The notes beneath the pieces were generated by a model, which saw only the letters and a list, made by a program, of their open reading frames with translations, did not search any database and was not told the DNA's origin. 64,000 nt of DNA, taken from the NCBI GenBank assembly GCA_051313645.2, contig JBNRSN020000002.1:22754001-22818000 (forward strand). The letters are read 5' to 3'. How positions within the stretch are numbered: position 1 is the stretch's first letter; each line of letters starts with the position of its first letter. Positions 22,600 to 36,469 of this stretch are shown here, one piece after another. The DNA comes from Centroscyllium fabricii. Lineage: Eukaryota. A program made the translations under genes and the position numbers.

Positions 22600-23378
22600 T
22601 CAAGAAATTATTAAACCAACACATCGGGCCAATGCTTCCGATCCTCGCAGGAGCTTTTGGAGCCGGGTGTTAGCGCATCCGAGCTCCAAATCGCATGGAA
22701 CAGCCGTTTCCAGCTGCTCCCTGCCATTCCGAAGGCAGCCGGGGGGGGGGAAGAGAGCTGCTGCGAGGAGGTGCGCAGGAATCTTCCGGTTTTTTGGGGG
22801 GCTTTTTTTTTTTTTTTTTTATAAATCGGGGTAAGTATGGAAGATTTTACACTTGAAAATATCAGACGTAAGCACCCGTTTTTACCAGGCAAGTCTTTAT
22901 TTTATAGATTTTAAGTATTGTTTTTACAGGTTTTTAATTTTTTTAAACTTTAAAGACAGCTAAGTATTCATTTAGGCCGGTTAAAGACTAGTTTTTTTCT
23001 AAATTTTTATTTTGTCTTTAAAATAGGTAATTCATGTTAGTTAGACTATTGTTAAAAAAATGGGGTGTTTTAAAAAATTTATTTTTGTGTTTAGATGTGT
23101 TTTTGAAGCTCTTCCATTTCAAAAGTTACACATATTTCTCCGTGCAAGTTTTGAATGGAGGATTGCTTCCACTGATTGGCTCCCTGCCGATCACGTGGTC
23201 TCGTGCGAGATCTCGCACTAATTGCGCCGTTCAGTTGCACCAGCAGGTCGCATGGAGCCTGAAGCAGCTGTCCAACTCGGGAGCTCACAGCGTAAAATTT
23301 CAAAACGGCAAAAGTGCAGGGTAAGTGTAACTCGGAGCCCTGCACTCGCACGAAGGCTCCAAGGCTAATTTCTGGGCC
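22600..23378. mobile_element. MITE homologous to 12421-13173 (left end uncertain)
   Basis: Shared AT-rich core and right end aatttctgggcc. Confidence 0.6.
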
Positions 23379-23673
23379 AATATATTTACACTGGATACTT
23401 GGCCTGCTGCTCTTTATAATCATATTTTAGGCAAAAACAGCTGAATTGAAACAATTGAATACGCCTTGACCGCCAAACAGCAGATTAAAAGATCAGCAAC
23501 ATTTGTTTCCTTCTTTTAACGACTAGTGTCCAAAAATAAACCCACACAGTATGCAGACACGACAGGGAGCACAGCCAATAATTCACTGCAAGTAAAATCA
23601 GATCTCTATACAAAACCATGCATTAACATGGTGCACCTTTATAATGTGAAGACTGCTGCTAATTTTTGAAAGA

Positions 23674-24051
23674 CAGGTTAAACACCGTTAATCCGTTAAC
23701 CTGGCAGCTTCAGTCGTCTGGCATAAATCGCCCCCGACTGCCCCGCGCATGCGCAAAATGGCCGCCGCGATTGATGCTTCGGCGAATGATCTGCGCATGC
23801 ACTGCCAAACGGCGAGCGCATGCGCAGATCGTTCAAAAGTTCTGGTGGCCCTTTTGAATGATCTGCGCATGCGCTCGCCGTTCAGCAACAAAATGCAACA
23901 AAAAACTCCATTAACTGCACACCTGAAATGTAATTTTTTGTATGCAACCCATGTAACTCATTTGCACTACTCTCGGGAGCGGCGAGTCTACATTTCGCTG
24001 TATTGTACTAGTACACTGCAATGACAATAAAATTTAATTGAATTGAATTGA
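23674..24051 (+). mobile_element. Truncated Tigger-like MITE (23674-~23890) followed by a Rex1 3' tail (~23935-24051)
   Basis: caggttaaacaccgttaatccg start; tgcaatgacaataaa(aattg)n end. Confidence 0.7.
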
Positions 24052-24369
24052 CTAGACAAAATACATCCAAATCCACTGAATTCAATGAAGTTATAAATGG
24101 GGTAGAGCTGTGGCATAAACTTTTTTTCCAGCTTGTTTCTATGCAGAAAAACAAAGGCAACTGGGAAATAGCCAACATTGTTTAAATTTTTCAAAAAAGG
24201 TCAAACATTGAGCTTGGGTATTGTGCACCTGTTACCCAACATAAACTGCTGGAAAATCACGAGTCGGGAAGGAATTGAAGTGATCAATGATTCCAACCCG
24301 GTCTGGATTTCAGATTCTTCTCCTACTCCTGAAGGCACAGACACAAACACTCGTCAACCCACTCTATGG

Positions 24370-25605
24370 ACTTGAACACACAAAGCTAGGCTGACACACC
24401 AGCGCAGTGCTGAGAGAGAGCTGCACTGTCGGAGGTGTCGTCTTTCGGATGAAACAGAGGTTCCGTCTGCTCTCTCAGGTGTGCGTAAAAGATCCCATGG
24501 CACTATTTTGAAGAACAGTGAGTTCTTCCCCGGTGTCCTGGCCAATATTTATCCCTCAACCATACAGGTGGGTTGGTCAGATGGGCAGAACAGTGGCAGA
24601 TGGAATTTAACTCTGAGAAGTGTGAAGTGATGCATTTTGGGAGGACTAACAAGGCAAGGGAATACACAATGAATGGTAAGATCCTAGGAAAGACAGATGA
24701 TCAGAGGGACCTTGGTGTGCATGCACATCAATCCCTGAAGTCAGCAGGACAGGTGGATAAGGTGGTTAAAAAGGCGTATGGGATACTTGCCTTCATTAGC
24801 CGAGGCATAGAATATAATAGCAGGGAGGTTATGATGGAGCTGTACAAAACGCTGGTAGGGCCACAGCTGGAATACTGTGTGCAGTTCTGGCCGTCACATT
24901 ATAGGAAGGATGTGATTGCTATGGAGAGGGTGCAGAGGAGATTCACCAGGATGTTACCTGGGCTGGAGCGCTTCAGCTATGAAGAGAGACTGGACAGGCT
25001 GGGGTTGTTTTCCTTGGAGCAGAGAAGGCTGAGGGGGGGACCTGATTGAGGTGTACAAAATTATGAGGGGCACAGATAGGGTAAATAGAAAGGAACTTTT
25101 TCTGTTACTAGAGAGGTCATTAACCAGGGGGCATAGTTTCAGGGTAAGGGGCAGGAGGTTTAATGGGGATTTGAGGAGGAACTTTTTCACCCAGAGGGCG
25201 GTTGGAATCTGGAACTCACTGCCTGAAAGGGTGGTGGAGGCAGGAACCCTCACAACATTCAAGAAGCATTTAGATGAGCACTTGAAATGCCATCGCATAC
25301 AAGGCTACGGACCAAGTGCTGGAAAATGGGATTAGAATAGAAAGGGCTTGATGGCCGGTGCGGACACGATGGGCCTCTTTCTGTGCTGTATAACTATGAT
25401 TCTATGAACCAACATAACAAAAACAGAGATTATCTGGTCATTATCATGTTGCTGTTTGTGGGAGCTTGCTGTGCACAAATTGGCTGCCGCGTTTCCCACA
25501 TTACAACAGTGACTACACTCCAAAAGTACTTCATCAACTGTGAAGCGCTTTGAGACGTCCAGTAGTCGTGAAAGGCGTGATATATATGCAGGTCTGTCTT
25601 TCTTT
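24370..25605 (+). mobile_element. Deu-domain SINE split by a CR1 insertion
   Basis: aaagatcccatggcacta...ccccggtgtcctggccaa Deu-like core; L2-like tail resumes at ~25408. Confidence 0.7.
24562..25406 (+). mobile_element. CR1 3' fragment
   Basis: RT C-terminal ORFs 24573-25335; AACCA on both flanks. Confidence 0.88.
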
Positions 25606-26010
25606 TCTCCGTTATCCTGTCTAATTGTTTGTTTGTTTATTTATTTATGCATGAGCCGAGGAGACTATTCAACTGCAAGGGCATCATTGCCAAGCTGCCC
25701 AGCAATCACAGACGCACAAATTCTGCACAACAATCAACAACAGGAACCCGGGTTTGCCAAGGCTGATTTTAAAATCATTGTTGCCGTCACAATTGAGTTG
25801 AGATAACTCGGCGTAAACACCGGAGATGGAATCCGAGGCTTTGAGGTCTGCACAGGTTGCTGAGCCAGCACGGAGAGATGTTCAACTGAACTGGATGATG
25901 TTACAAATCTTGGCTTTCAAAAAGCATTTCAAGATTCAGAGTAATGTTGCAAATTAGATAACCAATAATATAAAGGGCTGACTTAATTAGCAGGAGATTC
26001 AAACTAAATA

Positions 26011-26523
26011 CAGGAAACTCTTATTATCTTCAATTCAAATCAAGTTTTATTGTCATTGCAGAGTACTAGTACAATACAACGAGACGAAGACTCGACGCTC
26101 CCGAGAGTAGTGCAAATAAATTACATGCAAATTGCATACAGTAAAGTACATTATCAGGTGTGCAGGTACCGGAGTTTATTTTTATTTTTAGAGTCTTGCA
26201 CCTAAATATCCGGAATTCTCTACTAACCGGCAAAATTCTCATCCGAAAACAACACCTCAATAACCGGCAATGTTGCCGAGTCCGAGTCTTGTGTGGTGGC
26301 TGAGTTAATCAGTGGGGGTAGTTCTCCAAACTGCCACAATCCACAAACATTTAACACAACATTCTGTTGGTGAGTGCCCAATTACTGTACACGGCACATT
26401 TCTTGATTTTTTTATTTTTCTGTTAAAAATAGCCTCAGCTGAAAACCCTCTCCGTTATCCGGAAATTTTGATAAACCAGCAACACGCCAGTCCCGTCGGT
26501 GCCGGATATCAAAGAGTTTCCTG
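26011..26523. mobile_element. Tc1/mariner-type MITE containing a Rex1 3' tail (26030-26190, -)
   Basis: TA|caggaaactctt ... aagagtttcctg|TA. Confidence 0.72.
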
Positions 26524-27004
26524 TATCAGTGTGGGGACAACTTCTTCACAAAACGCTTGAAATTATATTTTGCTGAGGACTGCACTGAAAACCGAGTCCT
26601 CGGTTTTGCAACAGCATTGAGGGTTACTCATTCATTTTAATGGGTTGCCAGTGGCATTATAATTGGAAAATCTAGGCCAAAGTATTTGTCTGTAAACAGT
26701 ACACGATTATGAAGAAAAGCATAAAGTTTTGAAACACAAACACATTACAGAAGCTTCATTGTCAAATGAATCGAACTAGCAGTTATTGAGAAATGTGGTA
26801 ACGAAATAAAATCCAAGAAACAAACCAAGAACTTGCATGTAACGACTGCACCACATCATATTGTCAAGGTGCCCCAAATGCCTCATCACCAATGGATAAA
26901 TTCTGAAGCACTGTCACTGGTGTTATGTAGATAGGGGCGGATTAACACACAGGCCAATGGGGTCCACACAAAAATGGGACCCTCAGTGAAATTCACCGTA
27001 ACAA

Positions 27005-27460
27005 GGGGAGGCGGTGGCGTAGTGGTTATGTCACCAGACTAGTAAGCCAGAGGCTCAGTCAAATGCTCTGAGGATATGGGTTCAAATTCCAACACAGCAG
27101 CTGGTGGAATTTAAATTTAATTCAATTTAATTCTGGAATTAAATGTTAGTCTTAGTAATGGCGACCATGATACCATTGTCGATTGTTGCAAAAACCCATC
27201 TGGTTCACTAATGTCCTTTAGGGAAGGAAATCTGCCGTTCTTACCTGGTCTGGCCTACATGTGACTTCAGACCCACAGCAATGCCCTCTGAAATGGCCTA
27301 GCAAGCCACTCAGTTGTAAACAACTGCTACGAAAAACAATAAGACTGCAGCGGTTCAAGAAGGCGGCTCACCACCATCTTCTCAAGGGCAATTAGGGATG
27401 GGCACTAAATGCAGGTCTAGCCAGCCAGCGACGCCCACATCCCATCAATGAATTTTTTTA
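27005..27460 (+). mobile_element. tRNA-derived SINE with the tail of a second CR1/L2-group LINE
   Basis: ggtggcgtagtgg A box, ggttcaaattcc B box; tail matches LINE end 54555-54665; inverted copy at 56925-57398. Confidence 0.8.
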
Positions 27461-29377
27461 AAAAAAGGGCGATCAACCCTCCTGGAGTCTTCAGAAATGA
27501 AAGATTAATATCGGACACTGCTGTGAGCAAACCAGAAGACAATAGGGAGGGTCGAGCCCACCGTTTGTGCATCGCACCCGCGGGTTTTCTATGCTTGCTC
27601 ACAGCGGTCTCCTAGTTCTGCGAACTTGGGGTTAATGGGTAAACCCACAGAGGTTGTGAGTAGCAGTAGTATTTGGTACAACACAAAACCAGTACATACC
27701 CCTAAAAGGCAAAGGCTCCACTTGCATAGTTAAGCAACCATGGTCATCAAACGAGGCATGATACACTATCAAGCTGAAAGAAAAGGCTTCCACAAATGCA
27801 AGAAGTGGAAAACCAGCAGACTGGAAGAGTTATAAAAAGCAATGGGATACAAAGAAAGTAATGAGGTACAAAAATGGAATATTAAAAAAAAAACTTGCAA
27901 GGGATACAAAGCTAACTACAAAAGCTTTTGTAAATATATTAAGAGGAAGAGAGTGGCAATGGGAAATGTAGGCCCATTAAAGATGGCAAGACTACAATTG
28001 ATAGAAAATGTTAAGACTTGACAACGGAGTACTTTGTATCATTTTCAATAACGCAAAATACCAGTGGTACAAGGGAACATAAAATGAGTCATCATGGGGA
28101 GGAACAAAGTAGATTTAACAGAAGTTTAAAAATGGTAATGGAGAAAATAATGGGACTCAAGAGATAAATCTCCAGGACCCGATTAATGGCAGAAAATTGC
28201 AGGCATATTAGTCAGAATTTTCCAAAGCTCTCTGGATTCAAGAATTGCACCTCTGGATTAGAAAATTGCAAATAAAGGAGGGAGGGCGAAACCAGTTAAC
28301 TACATACCTGTCTGTTTTGACCAAGAGTCCATACCTGAAATGTATGGGTACAATCGATGAGTGGATGGTTAACCCAGAGATCGTGAGCAGAAATCCTACC
28401 ATTGTAAGTTACAAACTAAAATTCAATAAATTTGTTGGCTCACACCTGAAAATGGCCTTGAAAGTTGTTGTACTGTCGTTAAAAACCCAACTGTTTCACT
28501 AACATTCTTCAAGGAAGGGAACCTGCCACCCTATCTGATCTGGCCTACATGCGACTCCAGTTCAATATTATGCCGCTCACTCTAAAATCAGTCACGGAAA
28601 CTTGGGATGGGCAATAATTACTGCCTGGGCATAGTCGCTGAAATCCCAAAACTAAACTTTTTATAAACGTCAACTCATTTGTCCTCTCCACCGATGCTGC
28701 CTGACCTGCCGAGTGCTTCCTGCATTTTCTGCTTGTGTACCAGAAGAGCACCTGCTCTGTTAATCGTGCCGTGAAATCTTTTACAATTACTTGAGCCGAG
28801 AGAGAGTTTCAGTTCCATCTCTCATCTAAAAGGCATTACCTCCAACAATAGCCTACATTGGGCCTTGAACCCACAACCTTTTTAAACTCAGAAGCAAAGA
28901 ATGCTGTCACTGAGCAAAGCACAAGAACATCAGAAATGGGAGCAGGAGGAGGCCACACAGCCCCACCGAGTCTGCTCCGCCATTGAAGATGATCACGGCT
29001 GATCTTCTACCTCAACTCCATTTTCCTGCCTGATCTCCATATCCCTCAATTCCCTTAGAGTCCAAAAATCTAGCGATCTCAGTCTTGAATATACCCAATG
29101 ACTGACCACTTACAGTACTCTGGAGTGGAGAATTACAAAGATTTACAACCCTCGGTGAAGAACTTTCTCCTCATCGCAGTCTACAACGGCCGACCCCTAA
29201 TACATACTGAGATAATGCCCCCTAGTTCTAGATCCCTAGGCAAGGAAAACAGCTTTTCAGCATTTACCCTGTCAAGATCTCTCAGAAACTTGGTGTGTTT
29301 CAATGAGATCACCTCTCATTCTTCTAAACTCTAGAGACTATTGGCCAAGTCTACTCAATCTCTCCTCATAGGACGAC

Positions 29378-29960
29378 ACAGTGGCGCAGTGGTTAGCACT
29401 GCTGCCTCGCAATAAGGAGCTCCTGAGTTCGAATCCTGCTTGGCGTGGAGTTTGCATGTTCTCCCCGGGTTCGTGTGGGTTTCCTCCAGGTACTCCGGTT
29501 TCCTCCCACCACCCAAAGACATGCAGGTTAGGTGAATTGGGGATACTTAAAAAAAAAAATTGCCCATGAGTATGTAAGAAGTCACACAACACCAGGTTGT
29601 AGTCCAACAGTTTGATTTTAAATCACAAGCTTTCGAAGCACTGCTCCTTCGTCAGGTGATAGACTTTCACCTGACGAAGGAGCAGCGCTCCGAAAGCTTG
29701 CGATTTAAAATAAAACTGTTGGACTATAACCTGGTGTTGTGTGACTTCTTGCATTTGTCCACCCCAGTCCAACACCTGCACCTCCACACCATGAGTATGT
29801 GTGTGAGATATAGTTCTTAGAGTTGGGGGTGTCGGGGGATATGGGGAGAGGGTAGGAGGGGGGTACTGGGTTTGGATGATCAGCCATGATCTCATTAAAT
29901 AGCGGAGCAGGCTCGAAGGGCCAAATGGCCGACTCCTGCTCCTATCTTCAGTGTTTCTGT
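29378..29960 (+). mobile_element. V-SINE subfamily copy split by a hammerhead fold-back element
   Basis: Uninterrupted homologue at 47905-48248. Confidence 0.8.
29576..29790. mobile_element. Fold-back Penelope-derived element with two divergent hammerhead motifs (29623-29659 -, 29667-29703 +)
   Basis: ~88-bp inverted arms; duplicated target ccatgagtatgt at 29564-29575 and 29789-29800. Confidence 0.82.
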
Positions 29961-30995
29961 GTTCATCCCCAGCCCCCCATCCCAGGAACCAGTCTGGTGA
30001 ACCTTCATTGCACTCCCTCTATGGCAAGTATATCCTTCCTTAGGTACAGAGACCAAAACTGTGCACAGTACGCCCTGTACAATTGCAGCAAGACTTCCTT
30101 ACTCTTGTACTCCAACCCCCTTGCAATAAAGGCCCACATGGCAAAGCAACAACCTTTAGTGATTAAAAAATCATGAGCATGATTATAAAATGAAGGGTTT
30201 ATTGAATAAGTGGTCGAGAAAATGATTTAGGTGCAACAGCCAACCAAGCATTTAAGTATTTACAAAAACATTGAGTTGTGTCATCAGATCGCCAAAACAT
30301 GAGGAGGCACTTGAAAAAGGGCGGATTTGCAGGGATAGTGCCTTTCCATGCATCAGGCACATCGAGCAGCACTTCACATACGATAAATTAATTTGCAAGT
30401 GCAACCACAGTTTCAATGTAATGCTGTTTTTATGTTAACAGCCAGGCAGCCAACTTGCACACAAATAACAAAATCAGAAGCATGACCAGTTGGTCGGTTT
30501 GTGGCTTTGGCTGAGAATGTCACACTTATTTGCGCGGAGGCACGGCACTTTAATTTTCCACTTGAGCGAGAGATGAAGCCCACAGTTTAACATCTCATCT
30601 TCATGCACCTCTGACAGGACAACACTTGCTTGCTCAGTACCACTTGGAATGTCAGCCTGCAACATGTGCTCAGGTCCTGGGTGTAGCTTAAACCTGCAAA
30701 CTTCTTATTCGCACATAAATTGCTGGAAACATTCAGCAGGTCAGGCAGCATCTGTAGCAAGTAGGGTGAACTTTTCAAATCGATGCGACCTGCGGTTACA
30801 GTATTTTGCACTTAAACAAAAACTTTGAATTAGTGTGGTGGTCAGCTGTGGTTACCAAGAAGGAGGCTGTGAAAGAAATTCAGAGGAAGATAACAAAAAT
30901 AAACCCAAGTTCTCAGTATTTCAGCTTTGCAGAAACACAAAGAATCTAAATCTGTTCTTACTATACAAAAGAATATATGAGGAACAGAATAAAAG

Positions 30996-31765
30996 GGGGA
31001 GGTTTTCCTGGAGGTACAGGAACCTGGAGGGGATTGGTCGGGGCGGGTTCCTGTCCCGCCCAAGGGCCTGGGAAGCCGACGCTATTTTAGCTTAATTGCT
31101 CAATTAAATCCCCACGTGCAGGGTGCCCCTGGTAATTACCGCAGTCGAGTCAGCAATTACAGAGCTCAAACGGCATTCTAGCAGGTTGTCAGACAGCTGC
31201 GGGGACTCGGTGTTTACAGTTCCCATGGAAACACGTCACTGTGACATCACAGTGGAGTGCAGCCAATGGAAAAGGCCAAGTGCTCCGAGTGACAGGTGGG
31301 CGGGTGGGCTGCAAATCTTTGACACCCAGACGCCGGCTGTCACTGGAGCTGTCAGTGGAGCTTGAAAGCTAAGATTTCTAAGTTTTTCCCCACAGCTGGT
31401 CTTCACCCAAGGGAGTGACTTACACCTCCAGGGTGTTGAAGACCTGGGAAGCATTTTGTTGTCGGTCCTTCAACACCTTGAAGGACATAGTTAGCAAGAA
31501 CACTGTGCTCCCGCGGGGTTTGGGTGGGAAAGGGTTGAAAATTGCTAAGGGCCCTTAACATGGCATTACAGATGCCAATTAAGGGCCTTTAATGAGACGA
31601 CCATCCCTGCCTGCTGCCGGCGGGAAAGGTTCGGGGCGGGGAGACAGGGCAGCGGAAAATGGAAAAGCGGCGGGGATCCTGCGGGGCGGGAACCCACCGG
31701 TTCCGCTATTTTGCCGTCAGAGCTGCCAAAAACCCCGCCTCACGGGGACATGAAAATTTTGGCCC
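30996..31765. mobile_element. GC-rich MITE-like repeat (possible Harbinger type)
   Basis: Imperfect termini ggggaggttttc / gaaaattttggccc flanked by AAG; internal inverted cccgcc/ggcggg blocks. Confidence 0.4.
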
Positions 31766-31784
31766 AAGTGTTTAAAACGGTGTT

Positions 31785-32195
31785 AGCCGTGGTTCAGTGG
31801 CAACACTCTCCCTTCAAGATCTGAGCACAACCGCTCAGCTGACACTGCAGGACAGTACCTGGGGAGTGCTGCACTGTCAGAGGTGCTGTTTTTTGGCGAA
31901 GTTGTTAAACTGAGGCCCTGTCAGCTCTCAGGTGGATCAAAACGTCACCGTGGCATTATTTCCAAGAGCAGTGGACTCCTCCTCAGTGCCAAGCCAATAT
32001 TATCTCTCAGCCAATGTCACGAAAACAGACTATCAGGTCATCATGTTGTGGTCATCATGTGGTTTGACACACCTTACGATTCTCAAATTGGCTGACGCAT
32101 TTCCTACATGACAGCACTGAATTCACTTCCAAAGCACTTCATTGGCTGCGAGTGCTTTGGGATGCCCAGAGGTCACGATAGGTGCAAGTCTTTCA
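31785..32195 (+). mobile_element. Decayed Deu-domain SINE
   Basis: gggagtgctgcactgtcagaggtgc core and L2-like tail. Confidence 0.6.
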
Positions 32196-34158
32196 TAAAA
32201 ACATAGGAGCAGGAGTAGGCTATTCAGCCCCTCGAGCCTGCTCCGCCATTTAATGATATCATGGCTGATCATCCAAACTCAGTACACGGTCGCTGCTTTC
32301 TCCCCATATCCCTTGATCCCTTTAGCCTTGAGAAATATTTCTAACTCCTTCTTTGGCCTCAACTGCCATATTAGACTGGGTATTATGTAATGAGAAAGGA
32401 TTAATTAGCAATCTTGCTGTGAGAGGCCCCTTGGGTCGGAGCGATCATAATAGGATCGAATTCTTCATTAAGGTGGACAGTGAGAGTTGACTCAGAGACT
32501 AAGGTCCTGAATTTAAATAAAGGAAACTACGATGGTTTGAGGCGTGCGTTGGGTAGGGCTGATTGGCGAATGTCACGCAAAGGGTTGACGGTGGATAGGC
32601 AATGGCAAACATTCAAAGATCGCATGGATAAATTACAGAATTTGTTCATCCTAGTTTGGCATATAAAACTCCAGCGAGTATAAGCCCAATCGACCCAATC
32701 TCTCCTCACACGTCATTCCTGCCATCCCAGGTATCAGTCTGGTGAATCTTCACTGCACTCCCTCCATGGCAAGAACACCCTTCCTCAGATAAGGCGACCA
32801 AATCTGCACACAATACTCCAGGTGTGGTCTCACCAAGGCCCTGTACAACTGCAGTAAGACATTCTTGCTCCTGTACTCAAACCCTCTCACTATGAAGGTC
32901 AACATACCATTTGCCTTCTAAACCGCCTGCTGCACCTGCATTCTTACCTTCAGCGACTGGTGCACAAGAACACCCAGGTCTCGTTGCACTTCTCCTTCTC
33001 CCAATCTATTGCCGTTCAGATAATAATCTGCCTTCCCGATTTTGCCACCGAAGTGGATAACCTCGCATTTATCCACATTTTACTGCATCTGCCCAATCAC
33101 CCAACCTGTCCAAATCATACTGGAGTTTCTCGGCATCGTCCTCACAGCAGACACACCCACCCAGATTTGTGTCATCTGCAAACCATTACATCTGGTTCCC
33201 TCGTCTAGATCATTAATCTATATTGTGAATAGCTGGGTTCCCAGGACCAATCCCTGCAGTACCCCACTAGTCACTGCCTGCCATTCGGGGAAAAACACGT
33301 TTATTCAAACTCTTTGTTTCCTGTCTGCCAGCCAGTTCTCTATCCAAATCAGTACCTTGCCCCCAATCCCATGTGCTTTAACTTTGCACGCTAATCTCTT
33401 ATGCGGGACCTTATCGAAAGCCTTCTGAAAGTCCAAATACACCACATCCACTGGTTCTCTCTAATCTATTCTACCAGTTACATCCTCAAAAAATTCCAGT
33501 AGCTTAGTCAAGCACGATTTACCTCTTGTAAATCTATGTCGACTTTGTCCGATCCTGTTACTGTTTTCCAAGTGCTCTGCTATTACATCTTTTATAATGG
33601 ACTCTAGCATTTTCCCCACTACCGATGTCAGGCTCACCGGTCTATAATTCCCCATTTTCTCGCTACCACCTTTTTTGAACAGCGGGGTAACGTTAGCTAC
33701 CCTCCAATCCATGGGAACTGTTCCAGCGTCTATAGAATTTTGGAAGATGACCAGCAAAGCATCTACTATTTCTAGGGCCACTTCCTTAAGTACCTTAGGG
33801 TGTAGATCATCAGGCCCTAGGGATTTATCGGCCTTCAATCCCGTCATTTTCCCCAACACCATTTCCCTACAAATACTGATTTCATTCAGTTCCTCCCCCT
33901 CGTTAGACCCAATGTTCCCTGACATCTGTGGGAGGTTATTTGTGTCTGCCATTTCTTTGTTACTCATTATAAATCCCCCTGATTCTAACTGCAAGGGACC
34001 TATACTTGACTTCACCAATCTTTTTCTCTTCACATATCTTTAAAAGCTTTTAGTCAGTTTTTATGTTCCCTGCAAGCTTACTCTCATACTGTTTTCCCCT
34101 CTTAATTAATCCCTTTGTCCTCCTTTGCTGAATCTTAAACTGCTCTCAACCCTCAGGT

Positions 34159-36469
34159 CATAGAGTCAGAGTAATACAGCACAGAAAGAGGCCCTTCAGC
34201 CCATCGCGTCCATGCCGCCCATCAATCCCAGTCTATACTAGTCCCATTTTCCCGCATTTGGTCCGTAGCCTTGTATGCTGTGGCATTTCAAGTGCTCATC
34301 CAAATGCTTTTTGAATGTTGTGAGGGTTCCCGCCTCTACCACCCTCTCAGGCAGAGAGTTCCAGATTCCAACCACCCTCTGGGTGAAAAAGTTCTTCCTC
34401 ACATCCCCACGATACCCCCTGCCCCTTACCCTAAAGTTATGCCCCCTAGTTATTGACCCCTCAACCAAGGGAAAAAGTTCCACTCCATCCACCTTATCTA
34501 TTCCCCTCATAATTTTGTACACCTCAATCAGGTCCCCCCTCAGCCTCCTCTGCTCCAAGGAAAACAACCCCAGCCTCTCCAGTCTCTCTTCATAGCTGAG
34601 GCTCCCCAGCCCAGGCATCATCCTGGTGAATCTCTTCTGCACCCTCTCCAAAGCAATCACATCCTTCCTATAGTGTGGCGACCAGAACTGCACACAGTAC
34701 TCCAGCTGTGGACTTACCAGCGTTTTGTACAGCTCCATCATAACCTCCCTGCTCTTATATTCTATGCCTCGGCTAATGAAGGCAAGTATCCCATAAGCCT
34801 TTTTAACCACCTTATCCACCTGTCCTGCTGCCTTCAGGGATCTATGTACATGCACACCAAGGTCCCTCTGATACTCTGTCCTTCCCTAGCGTCCTACCAT
34901 TCATGGTGTATTCCCATGCCATGTTAGACCTACCGAAATGCATCACCTCACACTTTTCAGGATTAAATTCCATTTGCCACTATCGGCCCATCTGACCAAC
35001 TCATCTATGTCGTCCTGCATGTTGCGGATTTCCTCCGCAGTGCGTACTAACCCCCCAACTTTTGTGTCATCTGCAAACTTACTGATCATGCCTTTTACAT
35101 TCATATCTAAATCCTTAATGTAGATGACAAACAGCAAGGGACCCAACACTGATCCCTGCGGTACCCCACTGGACACAGGCTTCCAGTCACAAAAACAACC
35201 TTCAACCATCACCCTCTGCCTCCTGTCACTAAGCCAGTTTTGGATCCACTGTGCCAAGGTGCCCTGGATCCCATGGGCTCTTACCTTCTTGACCAGTCTC
35301 CTGTGCGGGACCTTATCAAAAGCCTTACTGAAACCCATGTATACCACATCCACTGCACTACCCTCATCCACACACCTGGTCGCCCCTTCAAAAAATTCAA
35401 TCAAATTAGTCAGACATGATCTTCCCTTGACGATGATGTGGAGGTGCCGGTGTTGGACTGGGGTGGACAAATGCAAGAAGTCACACAACACCAGATTATA
35501 GTCCAACAGTTTTATTTTAAATCACAAGCTTTTGGAGCTTTTGCCCCTTCGTCAGGTGAAAGAGAGACTGACTTTTAAGTCAGTTTCTCTTTCACCTGAC
35601 GAAGGGGCAAAAGCTCCGAAAGCTTGTGATTTAAAATAAAACTGTTGGACTGTAATAGAAACATAGAAACTAGGAGCAGGAGTAGGCCATTCGGCCCTTT
35701 GAGCCTGCTCCACCATTCAATGAGATCATGGCTGATCATCCAAACCCAGTATCCCGCCCCTGCCCTCTCCCCAAATCCCTCTCGAGCCTGCATCGACACA
35801 TATCCCACCCTATCCCCGTAACCCCACATATTCAATCCCCCTAACACTAAGGATCAATTTATCATGGCCAATCAACCTAACCCGCACATCTTTGGACAGT
35901 GGGAGGAAACCGGAGCACCCGGAGGAAACCCACGCAGACACGGGGAGAATGTGCAAACTCCACACAGATAGTACCCGAGGCTGGATTTGAACCCGGGTCT
36001 CCAGTGCTGTGAGGCAACAATGCTAACCACTGTGCCACCGTGCCGCCCTGATGTTGTGTGACTTCTTTCCCTTGACGAAGCCATGCTGACTATGCTTAAT
36101 TAATTCTTGCCTCTCCAAGTGGAGACTAATTTTGTCCCTCAGGATTATTTCTAGTAATTTCCCCACCACTGATGTCAGGCTCACCGGCCTGTAATTCCCT
36201 GGTTTATCCCTACTACCTTTCTTGAACAATGGCACTACATTGGCCATTCTCCAGTCCTCCGGCACATCGCCTGTGGCCAGAGGTTCTGAAAATTTGTGTC
36301 AGAGCCCCTGCAATCTCTTCCTTAGCCTCACCCTGCAGCCTGGGATACATCTCGTCAGGGCCTGGAGACTTATACACTTTTAAGCCTGCTAAAACCGCTA
36401 GTACCTCCTCCCTGTCGATACTAATATGATCAAGTGTATCGCATTCCTCCTGTCGTATTTCAATGTTGA
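34159..36469 (-). mobile_element. Younger CR1 3' half nested in the older CR1
   Basis: ORFs 34238-34855, 34943-35430 and 36067-36265; tail at 34159. Confidence 0.85.
35434..36066. mobile_element. Hammerhead fold-back element (motifs 35522-35559 -, 35592-35629 +) with a V-SINE (35656-36047, -) inserted in one arm
   Basis: 12-bp TSD ttcccttgacga at 35422-35433 and 36067-36078. Confidence 0.82.
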
